IMG/VR virus record: IMGVR_UViG_3300044673_000097
Span: 21,380-85,379 of that record
DNA: 64,000 nucleotides
Direction: 5' to 3' (one strand)
DNA from: a virus
In this document: positions 47,367 to 56,828 of the stretch, piece by piece
Layout of the letters: the number at the start of each line of letters is the position of its first letter
Numbering within the stretch: position 1 is the first letter of the stretch
Made by a program: the position numbers and the translations under genes
The notes under the pieces: generated by a model
The model's database searches: none
The model's input: the letters and a program-made list of their open reading frames with translations, nothing else
What the model was told of the DNA's origin: nothing

Positions 47367-47882
47367 TCATCGCTCCGTCACAGCGTCAATGTCTCGTTCC
47401 AGCGCCTCAAGAGCGGCATGCGCCTCGCGAATCTCACGGCGCAATCGGGCGCGCTCGTCGGGCGTGATTCGGTGGTCGGCCCACGCCAGCGCCGTCTCCC
47501 GCGCCACGTCGCCCACCTCGGCCATCACCGAGCACACGCGATCGGGTAGCGGGCTGGCGTTGTGGGTGCCGGGCTCGCACAAGGCAACCAGCGCCTGCCC
47601 GACGCAGCGGACCTCGTTCGGGTAACGAGCTGACAGCGCCCACATGTGGCGCAGGAATGCCGCCCCGGACGCCTTGAACTTGTCGATGCGGACGCGCGAA
47701 AGGTCGCACACGGAGGCCATCCGCTGGGAGCAAACGTCGCCGAACGCCGAGCGCATTACGTCCGCCGCCCAGGCTTCCGCGCGTTCAGTTTCGAGAATAC
47801 GCGATTGCGACACTGGCCCGAGCGACTTTGCGTGCGCAACCTGCCCCTCATGAGACACGACAGCGGGAATCGACGAAGCCAC
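47367..47882 (-). CDS. CII-like regulatory protein
   Basis: E.GDV......AWAD.RIT.DE...L.RE (CP76/CII-type) motif; downstream of cro. Confidence 0.6.
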   Translation of the reverse strand: MASSIPAVVSHEGQVAHAKSLGPVSQSRILETERAEAWAADVMRSAFGDVCSQRMASVCDLSRVRIDKFKASGAAFLRHMWALSARYPNEVRCVGQALVALCEPGTHNASPLPDRVCSVMAEVGDVARETALAWADHRITPDERARLRREIREAHAALEALERDIDAVTER

Positions 47883-48227
47883 AGTTCACCTCCCCATTGC
47901 CGCCGCGAATACGGCAGCGAGATCCGACCGGGTACTGCTCGGGTCCGCATCCGCCGGGGGATACGTCGCGTATGCAAGCGCCGCCCAGCCCTCGGGCGCC
48001 GACCTGCACGACGGGCACAGATGCGCGCCCATGTGCTCATGCCAGCCGGTGACCGCGACGACGATCGACATGCGCGGGCCCATGACGGCCATGCCGCACG
48101 AGACGCACGTGACCGTGGTGGTGTCGGTGTCCGAGTCGATTGCTCCCATCACCATGCTCGACCTCCTGATGCGTGCAGCGGAATGCGGATACACGGACGC
48201 CCGCCGCGGGGGCGGGATGCGACCCAA

Positions 48228-48971
48228 TCAGCCTCGCCTGGACTTCTCAGCGGCGAAGTTGATGGGGACCTGATTCGCGGACGCGAGCGCCGGCCGTGCG
48301 TCCTGACGCAATGCCGAGATCCATTGGCTCGCGCGAGAGAATGCGATCGTGGATTGCGCAGCCGTGGCGTGTTCCCACTTCGCGCCCTTGTCGCGTGGAT
48401 AGCCGGCCTGCATTCGAATCGACCGGTCGACGATGAGCAGCAGAGCGCGCGGCTTGCGCTCGTCGCCGTTGGCGATCATCAGGTTGCGAATCTCGCGCAT
48501 CTGGCCGGCGAGCACCTTCGCGTCGCGCGTGCCCATGAGGCCGAACGGGTGCGCCCGCTCCGTCGAATCTTTCCACGCGCGCAGCGCCTTGACCTCGGTC
48601 GTCAGCGATTGGAGCAGCTCCAGGAACTGCGCCTCGTGCCCCGGGGCGACGTAGCCTCCGGTCCGGCGAATCGAGGGGATCACCTCGTGCGTGACCCAGC
48701 GCTTGAACGCCTTCGCGGCGGGCTTGCGACTTCGAAGGATGAGCGAGTAGAGCCCCGACTCGGTGACGGTCGCCATTTCCTGCGGTCCGCCAGGGGTGGG
48801 GATAGTAGTCACCCCCCTTTCGTCATCGTCGAGGTTCTTCGTGTGCTGGTGCGGCGGGCCTACCAGTTCCAACACCTCGCACACGTCCTTCGCGATCCAC
48901 TCCTCGCGATCGGCGGTACGGATGACGCGGACGCCGTGACCATTGAAGTCGAATCGAATCAGGTCCGACAT
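48228..48971 (-). CDS. Bro-N antirepressor
   Basis: FDFNG..VR, W.AKDVC.VL, TESGLYSLILRSRKP.AK.FKRWVTHEVIPSIRRTGGY. Confidence 0.9.
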   Translation of the reverse strand: MSDLIRFDFNGHGVRVIRTADREEWIAKDVCEVLELVGPPHQHTKNLDDDERGVTTIPTPGGPQEMATVTESGLYSLILRSRKPAAKAFKRWVTHEVIPSIRRTGGYVAPGHEAQFLELLQSLTTEVKALRAWKDSTERAHPFGLMGTRDAKVLAGQMREIRNLMIANGDERKPRALLLIVDRSIRMQAGYPRDKGAKWEHATAAQSTIAFSRASQWISALRQDARPALASANQVPINFAAEKSRRG

Positions 48972-48974
48972 GGC

Positions 48975-49241
48975 TCAGCCCTCCGTCCCGGTCTTGCCTT
49001 GCTCGGTCGTCGGCTGAGGCGGCAAATCCCACGCAGCGGGATCGATGCCGAACTCGCGATGGAGCACCGCCGCCCACTTGCGCGAGGGCTTGCTGTCGCC
49101 ATAGCGCCAGTGCGTGACCATGCCGCGCCCTCCACCTCCACCGTCACCACCGACGCCGATGCGGCGCTCGATCTCGAACACCCTCAAGGGCAACTCACGC
49201 AGCAAACGGGCGCCCTCGGAATCCTTGCGAATACGAGTCAT
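48975..49241 (-). CDS. Cro-like HTH protein
   Basis: Divergent from CI; V.HW..G...PS...A..L...GI...W. Confidence 0.65.
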   Translation of the reverse strand: MTRIRKDSEGARLLRELPLRVFEIERRIGVGGDGGGGGRGMVTHWRYGDSKPSRKWAAVLHREFGIDPAAWDLPPQPTTEQGKTGTEG

Positions 49242-49331
49242 ACGCCCATGATTGATCCGAAAGTCGTAGCTGTCAAGTTACAGCGCTGTCACGGCGCACA
49301 TCAGGTGGCAGATCCTGTGCTATTGTAGGCG
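49242..49331. promoter_or_regulatory. Divergent PR/PRM-like immunity switch
   Basis: Minus strand TTGACA-17-AATCAT six nt before the cro ATG; plus strand extended -10 TGcTATTGT; palindrome ACAGCGCTGT at 49280-49289. Confidence 0.65.
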
Positions 49332-49910
49332 GTGACCGGTTCGGGGGAACCTGCGGCCATGAGCGAATCCATCGGACAGCGGATAAAGCGACTTCGCGAG
49401 GCTCGCGGGCTGAAGCAGAACGAGCTCGATCGGATGCTGGCAGACGAGGGCGAGTCCCCGAAGAAGTACGGCGGCCTGAGCACTCGCCTCGAAAACGAGA
49501 AGAGGGGACGAAACCCGAGCGCGGAAACGTTGGCGAGATACGCGCGCGCGCTCGGCACCACGCTGGAGTACATCCAATCGGGCAAGGGCGACCCGAACCA
49601 ACCGCCTGTGCCGCCGCCGGTGGACGAGCACAGCGCTGCGATGCGCGAGGCATTTATCGAAGTGCTGGGGGGAAAGATGACGGACAAGGAAAAGGCGGCA
49701 CTACGCAAGCTGAAGCTCCCACCCGATATCGACTACGGGTACCTGCACGATCGCCTCGGCGAGCTGCGGACGGCAGCCGAGGAACACGACGCGCGGGAGG
49801 CCGATCGCAAACGGCGGGGCTCTCGAGACTTCACCGACGCGCGCGCGACGCCAGTGCCGAAGTCCGCGGCGAAGGCGCCGACGAAGAAGGCGAAGGGCAA
49901 TAACGAATGA
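49332..49910 (+). CDS. CI-like repressor (XRE HTH, no S24 peptidase domain)
   Basis: IGQRIKRLREARGLKQ.EL...LSTRLEN..RNPS.ETL..ARALG; start 49332 or 49359. Confidence 0.85.
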   Translation: MTGSGEPAAMSESIGQRIKRLREARGLKQNELDRMLADEGESPKKYGGLSTRLENEKRGRNPSAETLARYARALGTTLEYIQSGKGDPNQPPVPPPVDEHSAAMREAFIEVLGGKMTDKEKAALRKLKLPPDIDYGYLHDRLGELRTAAEEHDAREADRKRRGSRDFTDARATPVPKSAAKAPTKKAKGNNE

Positions 49911-50620
49911 GACCTTGGGCCGGCGCCATGCTTGCTCTGATCCTCGGCTGCTCGGCGGGGGAGACGACATCGATCTGGACGCCGTCGCGGGACGGGGCCG
50001 TGGACGCACCGATCGAGCCGGATGCCTCGCAGGTCGTGGACAGCCCAGCGGATGCGCCAGCGCCCGACGTGGACGCCTTAGGGTACCTTGAGACGGGACC
50101 CGATGCCGAGGAGCCGGGCCCCGACGCTGGCATCGACGCTACCCCGGCGGACGCGCCGATCGATGCCGCCGATGAGCCCGAGCCGACTTGCCCCTACGAC
50201 ATGGTGAGGATTGACGGGCCGACGGGTTTCTGCCTCGACCGTGTCCAAGTTCAGCGCGGCGAGTATGAAGCGTGGAAGGGCGACGGCGGGGTGTACGAGG
50301 CTGGGTGCGTCGCGAGTTGGGTCGCGAACGAGCAGTTCGCATCGGTGACGTGGTGCGCGGCGGACGCGTACTGCCGTTCGAGGGGCCGACGGGTCTGCGA
50401 TATGTACGGCGAATGGGTGCGTGCGTGCACGACGGCGCATGATGCGATCGATCCCGCGCCGTCGGCGAGGGAGTGGGGCGTGGGGTGCAGCGTTCAGGGC
50501 GGGCAGATGACATGCCCAGCGGGGTGGTGGCTCGGCAGCGACATCCCGCAGCTTGCCCCGTGCGGCGTCCAACGCATCGTGGAAAGCGGGCGCGCGAAGA
50601 TCCGCTGCTGCGCCGACTGA
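49907..50620 (+). CDS. Lipoprotein with Asp/Ala/Pro linker and FGE-sulfatase-like Cys-rich domain
   Basis: Lipobox LILGC; CP.DMV.I..FCLDR, VTW..A.AYC...GRR.C..EW..AC, REW and RCC motifs. Confidence 0.7.
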   Translation: MRPWAGAMLALILGCSAGETTSIWTPSRDGAVDAPIEPDASQVVDSPADAPAPDVDALGYLETGPDAEEPGPDAGIDATPADAPIDAADEPEPTCPYDMVRIDGPTGFCLDRVQVQRGEYEAWKGDGGVYEAGCVASWVANEQFASVTWCAADAYCRSRGRRVCDMYGEWVRACTTAHDAIDPAPSAREWGVGCSVQGGQMTCPAGWWLGSDIPQLAPCGVQRIVESGRAKIRCCAD

Positions 50621-50629
50621 GGAGGGAAC

Positions 50630-50866
50630 ATGCGAGCGATTGCTCTTGCGCTTTGGGCGATGAGCCTTACGGGATGTTGGCTGCTGCCGTCGTGGTGCGA
50701 CGACGACTGCAAGGCGAGCGGCGGGTGTGGCAAGGAGGGCCTGACGTGCTACCCGCGCAACGATGATGACTGCCGGCGATCGGCGCTGTGCCGAGACATG
50801 GGCGCGTGCAAGGCGAAGGACAAGATGTGCGTGCTCGGCGGAACGCCACCACGGTTCGGGGAGTGA
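50630..50866 (+). CDS. Small Cys-rich lipoprotein
   Basis: GGAGG RBS, lipobox SLTGC, two DDC..S..C...G.C repeats. Confidence 0.65.
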   Translation: MRAIALALWAMSLTGCWLLPSWCDDDCKASGGCGKEGLTCYPRNDDDCRRSALCRDMGACKAKDKMCVLGGTPPRFGE

Positions 50867-50868
50867 CC

Positions 50869-51126
50869 ATGGAGATCGAGATCAAGCTCGGGCACGTCAT
50901 GGTCGACGGCGGGACGATGCTCGCGTCGCTCGTGATCGACGCCGACGGGTCGGGCAGGATCCGCCTGTTCGCGATCGACACCGCGTGCCGGCGACAGGGC
51001 GTCATGATGCACCTCGGGCCCGACGAGTGGACGCAGCTCGGCGAGCTGCTGGCGAAGGTGCAAGCGGCGATCGGCAAGGCGCAGGCGAGCGGGCAGTGCG
51101 CGGAGTGGCCGAAGCTAGCTGAGTAG
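50869..51126 (+). CDS. Hypothetical protein
   Basis: ATG just after the lipoprotein stop; 85 aa. Confidence 0.5.
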   Translation: MEIEIKLGHVMVDGGTMLASLVIDADGSGRIRLFAIDTACRRQGVMMHLGPDEWTQLGELLAKVQAAIGKAQASGQCAEWPKLAE

Positions 51127-51678
51127 CAAGCCGTGGCGCCCCGTGTCGGGCTCGTCTTCGAACTCGAAGCGAAGATGAGCCTTGCGCACTCCCCTTCCAC
51201 GGATCCGGATCACGTCCCGATCGACGTACGCGACCCGATGCCCGCAGACCTCTCCGAGCCGTAGCAGCGCGAGCGGCTCGGGCACGATGAAGGCCTCGGC
51301 AAGCGCGGCGGGGTTGGCGCCCCAGTGATCGACGGCGCGCTCGAACTGCTCGGTCGGGCACAGCACGGCGCCAGCGACGCGTCGGATCGTGTCGTCGTCG
51401 TGGGGCATGCCGCCGAAGTAGAGCCACCACCAAGCGAGCGCGGAGATCGCAGCGTATCGCCCATGCGGGGTAGGCAGCGTGTCTCGCACGAGGATGCGCC
51501 ACCCGAGCCTCGTGCGCTTGACCTGGTACGTCTGGGCGATGGCCGCGTACTCAGGCACGCTGAAGATGATGGGTCGCGTGAGCTCAGCGACAGTGGCAGG
51601 CTCGGACGGGTCGCGTCCGGCCGCTGCATAGATCTGCAAGGCTTGCCCCTCAGCAAACATTGCGGAACGGTGCGCCAT
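51115..51678 (-). CDS. ImmA/IrrE-like protein lacking HExxH
   Basis: I.V...L.....RYAA..ALA, A.AVL.P, LAEAF.V......RL pattern of the ImmA fold. Confidence 0.6.
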   Translation of the reverse strand: MAHRSAMFAEGQALQIYAAAGRDPSEPATVAELTRPIIFSVPEYAAIAQTYQVKRTRLGWRILVRDTLPTPHGRYAAISALAWWWLYFGGMPHDDDTIRRVAGAVLCPTEQFERAVDHWGANPAALAEAFIVPEPLALLRLGEVCGHRVAYVDRDVIRIRGRGVRKAHLRFEFEDEPDTGRHGLLLS

Positions 51679-51741
51679 TTTCTGCCCGGCGTCTATGCCA
51701 TAGCGGGTGCGACTTGGTGGGGGCTGGTCACACCTATTTTC

Positions 51742-51790
51742 TGACAGCGCACGACTGCAAGTTGACAGCGCTGCGGAAGCGCAGCATGAT
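51742..51790 (+). promoter_or_regulatory. PL-like early promoter with operator repeats
   Basis: TTGACA-17-CATGAT; TGACAGCGC at 51742 and 51763, shared with the immunity region. Confidence 0.65.
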
Positions 51791-52839
51791 GCCCGTGGAG
51801 GTCAGGACCATGGGCTGGACGACGATCCGGGATTCGCTGGTTGGGCAGTTGCGGGCGCACGGTTTCGTGGCGGTGTCGCGCCGGGTGGCCGAGTTCAAGT
51901 CGCCCGACGAGATGATGGGCCAGCGCGCGTGGCTGACATCGATGGTGATGGACCTGACGGATCGCGAGATCGCCGCCGGCGTGCACGGGGTCGAACTCGA
52001 ATCGATCCGGGAGATGGAGCGGACGGTGCACCGGCTGGGCACCGAGGCGTTCAACGCGTGGTTGCAGGAGGTGGCGTGATGGCAATCCTCAAAGGCAAGG
52101 TTCGCAAGGGCGCTTCGACGATGCTGGAATCGATGATCGACTCCGTGTGGTCCGAGGCGGATCACTGGGTCAAGGTCGCTCTGTACGCGTCCAGCGTGGG
52201 CGACGCCGAAGCCGAATCGATGGCGCTGCAGCGTGTCGCCCAACTCGAGCGAATCGCCGACATGCAATCGGTGGCGTCATGAACCCCCGACTTGATCCCG
52301 ATGGCGTGTACGGCCCGAGTTGGCAGCCGGCGACCGAGCCCGAACCCGAGGTGAAGCGCTGCGAAGGGTGCGGCGTTCCGGTGGGCGATTGCGACGATTG
52401 GTGCGAGGCGTGCTGGGCGCGCACCGAAGCGCCGACGCTCGAATCCATTGTCCGCGAATGGCAGGAAGCCGAGCGCGCGTGCGACGAATACACCCGCGAG
52501 CACGGCTTCATCCTGTGCACCTCCGAGGAGCGAGAGGCATTCGCCCCGCTGATTCGACGGGTGCGGGCGGCTCGGGCGGCGGTGTTGGCGTGGAACACGA
52601 CGAAGGTTGGGGTGGCGGCATGAATGACGCGGAACTCACGGCGCTGGCCTTGTACGTCAACGCGCAAGCTCTCGGGCGCAGGTCCGAAGACGAGCAGCGG
52701 ATCGCGAACGGTTGCTCGGTGGCGTATGGCGACCTGCCGATTCAGGGCGAGAACGAGCTGATGCTCGAACTTGTGAGGCGCGGGATTCTGAATGGGACGA
52801 AGGCGGCCTGAGGGTCGCGCGAGGGTGAAGGAGGACGAC

Positions 52840-53901
52840 ATGGCGAACGCGATTGTGATCCCGATCGAAGACAAGTTGACCGCGCGCTACGGGGTGACGC
52901 CCGAGCAGATCGAGGCGAAGAAGGCGGCGTATGCGGCCCTGAGCTGCGACACGCCGAAAGGCTACGAGGAGACCCGGCTGGCGATTGCGGAATGTCGCAC
53001 GACCCGCGTCAACATCGAGGCCAAGCGCAAGGAGCTGAAAGCCGACGCGCTCGAATACGGGCGCAAGGTCGATGCCGTCGCCAAGTCGCTGACGGAGCTT
53101 ATCGAGGGAATCGAGGAGCCGCTGAAGGCGAAGAAGGCCGTCGTCGATGAAGCCAAGGCCCGCGCCAAGGCCGAGAAGGAAGCCGCCGAGCGTGCTGCGG
53201 TGGAGGCGAAACTTCGGGCCGAACGCGAGGCCGAAGAACAGCGTCTGGCCGCCGAACGTGAGGCACAGCGCATCGAAGCCGAACGACTGGCCGAGGAACG
53301 CCGCGCCTTCGAGGAATCGCAACGGGCAGCTCGTGAGGCCGAGGAGAAGCGCGCGGCCGAAGCACAGGCGAAACTCGACGCCGAACGCAAGGCCATCGAG
53401 GAGGCCAACCGGATCGCCCGTGAGGAACAGGCGCAACGGGAAGCCGCCGCCGCGAAGAAGCTTGCCGACGAACGCGCGGCATTCGAGGCGGTACAGGCTG
53501 CCGCGAAAGCCCACGCCGACATGCTCGCCCGCGAGGAAGCGGCGAAGCTCGCAGCCGAACGCGCCGAGATCGAACGTCAGCGAAAGGAAACGGAGCGCCT
53601 CGAAGCCGAACGCGTGGCCCGGGTCGCTGCCGAGAAGGCCGCCGAGCGTGCGCGCGTCGAAGCCGAGGAAGCCCGCGTGCGTGAGGCCGAGCGCCAGGCT
53701 GCAATCAAGGCCCGGCTCGAAGCGCTCAAGCCCGACGCGGAGAAGCTGCACGCCTTCGCGCAGGCGATTCGGAACCTGAAGGGCCCGAGCGTGAACGACG
53801 CCGAGGCCATTGCCATGGTGACCGACGCCATGGATTCGCTGGCGATGATCGCGGGGCAACTCGAATCCTTCGGCGCCACGACGGCCGAAGCGGCGGAGTG
53901 A
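52840..53901 (+). CDS. Long coiled-coil protein (Glu/Ala/Arg-rich)
   Basis: IE..RKELK...LE.GR.VD..AK N-terminus followed by a charged coiled coil; GGAGGA RBS. Confidence 0.75.
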   Translation: MANAIVIPIEDKLTARYGVTPEQIEAKKAAYAALSCDTPKGYEETRLAIAECRTTRVNIEAKRKELKADALEYGRKVDAVAKSLTELIEGIEEPLKAKKAVVDEAKARAKAEKEAAERAAVEAKLRAEREAEEQRLAAEREAQRIEAERLAEERRAFEESQRAAREAEEKRAAEAQAKLDAERKAIEEANRIAREEQAQREAAAAKKLADERAAFEAVQAAAKAHADMLAREEAAKLAAERAEIERQRKETERLEAERVARVAAEKAAERARVEAEEARVREAERQAAIKARLEALKPDAEKLHAFAQAIRNLKGPSVNDAEAIAMVTDAMDSLAMIAGQLESFGATTAEAAE

Positions 53902-53909
53902 GGTAGACC

Positions 53910-54779
53910 ATGAGCCCTCTTTCACTTGCCCAGCTTGCACAGCGTTCCCAATTCCTGGGAGCCTCGGATATTCCAGCCGTCGCCGGCCTGAACCCGTGGA
54001 AGGGGCCGATCGACATCTACCTGCGCAAGACGGGGCAGGCGATTGAGGAGGACGACCCCGAGGCCGACTTCCGCAAGATGCTGGGCCACAGAATCGAGGG
54101 CCTGATCGCTGAACTGTACGCCGAGAAGATGGGCGTCGAGCTGGCCGAATGCCCGACGATCATTCACCCCGACGAGCCGTGGGCGGGATGCACGCCGGAC
54201 CGGCAGATCGTGGGGCGCGATGCGGGCGTCGAGATCAAGAACGTGGGCGCGTTGGTGGCGCACCATTGGGCGAACGATGAGCCGCCAGACTACGTGACCG
54301 CTCAGGCGCAGTACCAGATTTGGATCATGGGCTGGTCGCGCGTGGACATTGCCGCGCTGATTGGCGGGCGTGACTTTGTTGTGCATTCCGTCTTGCGCGA
54401 TGAGGAAACAATCACCATGTTGGCGGAGATTGGGAGGCGCTTCTGGCACGAGCATGTGGTGCCGAAGATCCCGCCCCCGATCGACGGTAGCAACACCTGG
54501 CGCGAGTTCCTGGCTCGCAAGTTTCCGACAAGCCGCGATGGGATGGGGCAGGCGCCCGAAGACGCCGAACGATGGGCGCGACAATACCTCGATGCGGTGG
54601 CGCAGGAGGGCGCGACGAAGGCGATGAAGTCGGAGGCCGGCAATCACCTTCGGGCCATCATCGGGGAGCTGGACGGCATCATGGGGGACGGGTGGAAGGC
54701 GACGTGGAAGGGCGAGGACGGGGCGAGGATTCTGCGAGTGAGCGAGATCAAGGCGAAGGCCAATAGGAGGGCAGCGTGA
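53910..54779 (+). CDS. YqaJ-like viral recombinase exonuclease
   Basis: R...LGASD..AV.GLNPW, CTPDR, VEIKN, Y..Q.QYQ and AALIGG motifs. Confidence 0.9.
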   Translation: MSPLSLAQLAQRSQFLGASDIPAVAGLNPWKGPIDIYLRKTGQAIEEDDPEADFRKMLGHRIEGLIAELYAEKMGVELAECPTIIHPDEPWAGCTPDRQIVGRDAGVEIKNVGALVAHHWANDEPPDYVTAQAQYQIWIMGWSRVDIAALIGGRDFVVHSVLRDEETITMLAEIGRRFWHEHVVPKIPPPIDGSNTWREFLARKFPTSRDGMGQAPEDAERWARQYLDAVAQEGATKAMKSEAGNHLRAIIGELDGIMGDGWKATWKGEDGARILRVSEIKAKANRRAA

Positions 54780-55744
54780 GCAATCATTTCGACGACAACG
54801 GTGAGGTCCAGGCGCAAGGGTTCGGCGTCACGACGCTGGCAACCCGCGCAACGGAAACGGCGGCGATGGCGGTTGCCGAGCAGGCGAAGGCGGCGGTCAC
54901 TGCCCGATACATCATGGCGCTTCAGAGGCCGCGCGACATGGACAACGTGCGGACCAAGATCCTGAAGGAATGCCGGCGCCCAGGGTTCGCAGCCGTGGCG
55001 AAGTACGCGGTGCCCCGCGGCGGCAAGCGCGTGATCGGTCCGAGCATCCGATTCGCCGAGGCGGCCGTGCGCTGCATGACGAACATCCTGCCGGAGAAGA
55101 TGGTGGTCTTCGATGACGCCGATCGCCGCATCGTGCGCGTGACCGTGACCGACCTCGAAAGCAACGTGACCTATTCCGAGGACGTGGTGATCTCCAAGAC
55201 GGTCGAGCGCTCGTTCGTCAAGGATGGGATGGAGGTCCTGTCGGTTCGCGAGAACAGCTCGGGCAACAAGACGTACCTCGTTCGCGCCGGCGACGACGAC
55301 CTGCGCAACAAGGAAGCGGCGACCGTCTCGAAAGCCATTCGCGGCATGGCGCTACGACTTCTCCCCGGCGACATCCTCGACGACGCGATGGAAATGGTCG
55401 AGGCGACGTTGCGCGACCAGCACGCGAAGGACCCGGCGGCCGAGACGAAGAAGATCGCCGACGCTTTCTCGACGATCAACATCATGCCCAGCGACCTCAA
55501 GGAATTCTTGGGCTGCGAGCTCGCACAAGCGTCCCCCGCCGACATCATCGAACTGCGGCGCGTGTTCCAGGCAATCCGCGACGGCGAGACGACGTGGCGC
55601 GACGTGGTGGCGAGCAAGGTCGTCGAATCCCCGACGCCGGTCGCCACGACGATGAAAGAGAAGCTGCGGCAGAAGGCGGCGAAGGCGCCCGAGCCCGCGG
55701 CTGCGAGAGAGCCCGGGATCGATTCGGAAGGGAATCCGGTGTGA
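54776..55744 (+). CDS. Putative single-strand annealing protein
   Basis: Follows YqaJ; A...PRD, Y.VPRGGK...GPSIRFAE, DLE.N and SKA.R motifs. Confidence 0.65.
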   Translation: MSNHFDDNGEVQAQGFGVTTLATRATETAAMAVAEQAKAAVTARYIMALQRPRDMDNVRTKILKECRRPGFAAVAKYAVPRGGKRVIGPSIRFAEAAVRCMTNILPEKMVVFDDADRRIVRVTVTDLESNVTYSEDVVISKTVERSFVKDGMEVLSVRENSSGNKTYLVRAGDDDLRNKEAATVSKAIRGMALRLLPGDILDDAMEMVEATLRDQHAKDPAAETKKIADAFSTINIMPSDLKEFLGCELAQASPADIIELRRVFQAIRDGETTWRDVVASKVVESPTPVATTMKEKLRQKAAKAPEPAAAREPGIDSEGNPV

Positions 55745-55746
55745 CC

Positions 55747-56052
55747 ATGGCCGCGAAACGATACGACGCATTGACGGTGCGCGAGTACCAGGACAAGCAG
55801 TCAGGCGAGACGAAAGCCCGGTGGACCAAGATCGGCGTGGCGTTCGTGAGCGAGCGCGACGATTCGATCAAGGTGATGCTCGACGCCAACCCCATCGACG
55901 GCATCGTGCACCTGCGATTGCCTCGGCAGGAAGGCGACCAACCCCGCTCGAGCGGCCGGCAGCAATCGGCGTCGAGGCAGGCACCGAAGCCCGCGCCCGC
56001 CGCAAACGACGAAGGCCCCGGAGTGGACGACGACGGATCGTTGCCCTTCTGA
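55747..56052 (+). CDS. SSB-like protein
   Basis: Y.D..GE.K.RW.KIGVAF core; acidic tail DDDGSLPF. Confidence 0.65.
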   Translation: MAAKRYDALTVREYQDKQSGETKARWTKIGVAFVSERDDSIKVMLDANPIDGIVHLRLPRQEGDQPRSSGRQQSASRQAPKPAPAANDEGPGVDDDGSLPF

Positions 56053-56490
56053 GGCCATGATGACTTCGCCCCGCGAACGCCGAATCGTAAAGCCCTCGAA
56101 AGGCGTTGCCGGGGTCCATGACTGCGATCGGTCCTTGTGTGCATGTCCCTTTCGCTTTGGCAGCATGCGCACAAGCCACGGGTCGATGCCGTGGGCAGTC
56201 ACCATGCACCCGAGCACGCACAGCAATTCGGCTGGGGCGGGCATTCGACACCATGGCTATCCCACGGTGCCGAGCTACGGAGCGGGTGCAGTTCGGGCTC
56301 TCGGTGCGATTGCGATCCGACGCTGCTTGCGCTCGGCGTTCATGGGTCCAGACATCTCCCTTCCTCCTTCGGGCGAAGGGTCGCAATCGCAGGCCGGTCC
56401 CGGGATCATTCCCCGGGGAGTCCACCAGGCGCCGGTCGAACACCTGCACTTCGGCAGGCTGAACGGGAAGAACTGGCGCCGCAGTCTTGG
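56053..56490 (+). ncRNA. Candidate large structured RNA
   Basis: About 440 nt gap in a coupled operon tiled with stems, e.g. 56305-56318/56378-56391 and 56134-56145/56164-56175. Confidence 0.5.
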
Positions 56491-56498
56491 AGGGTGAG

Positions 56499-56828
56499 AT
56501 GACCGACGAATACTTGGTGAATGTGGCGAGCAAGCTGGAAGCCTCTGGGACCGACACAGACCCGTGCTGGACCGCGGTCTTGCACGTGATCCGTCGCATT
56601 CAGGAGGACCCCAACCTCGCCTATTACTGCTGCGAATTGACCCGCACGTTCGAGGTCCTGTGCATGGCTGCAGCAGCGCACGAGGGCATGCCCGTGCTCG
56701 AGGTCATGAAGGCGGTCCGCACCAATCTCCAGAACACGCTGTCTCAGCTTGAGCCGGACGTGTGCAGGATGCGAAGCCGCGTCGAGGCTCTGGAAAAGAA
56801 ACTCGAGGCAGCGGGGGTAGAGGAATGA
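56499..56828 (+). CDS. Hypothetical protein
   Basis: GGAGGG RBS; coupled to the next gene. Confidence 0.55.
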   Translation: MTDEYLVNVASKLEASGTDTDPCWTAVLHVIRRIQEDPNLAYYCCELTRTFEVLCMAAAAHEGMPVLEVMKAVRTNLQNTLSQLEPDVCRMRSRVEALEKKLEAAGVEE

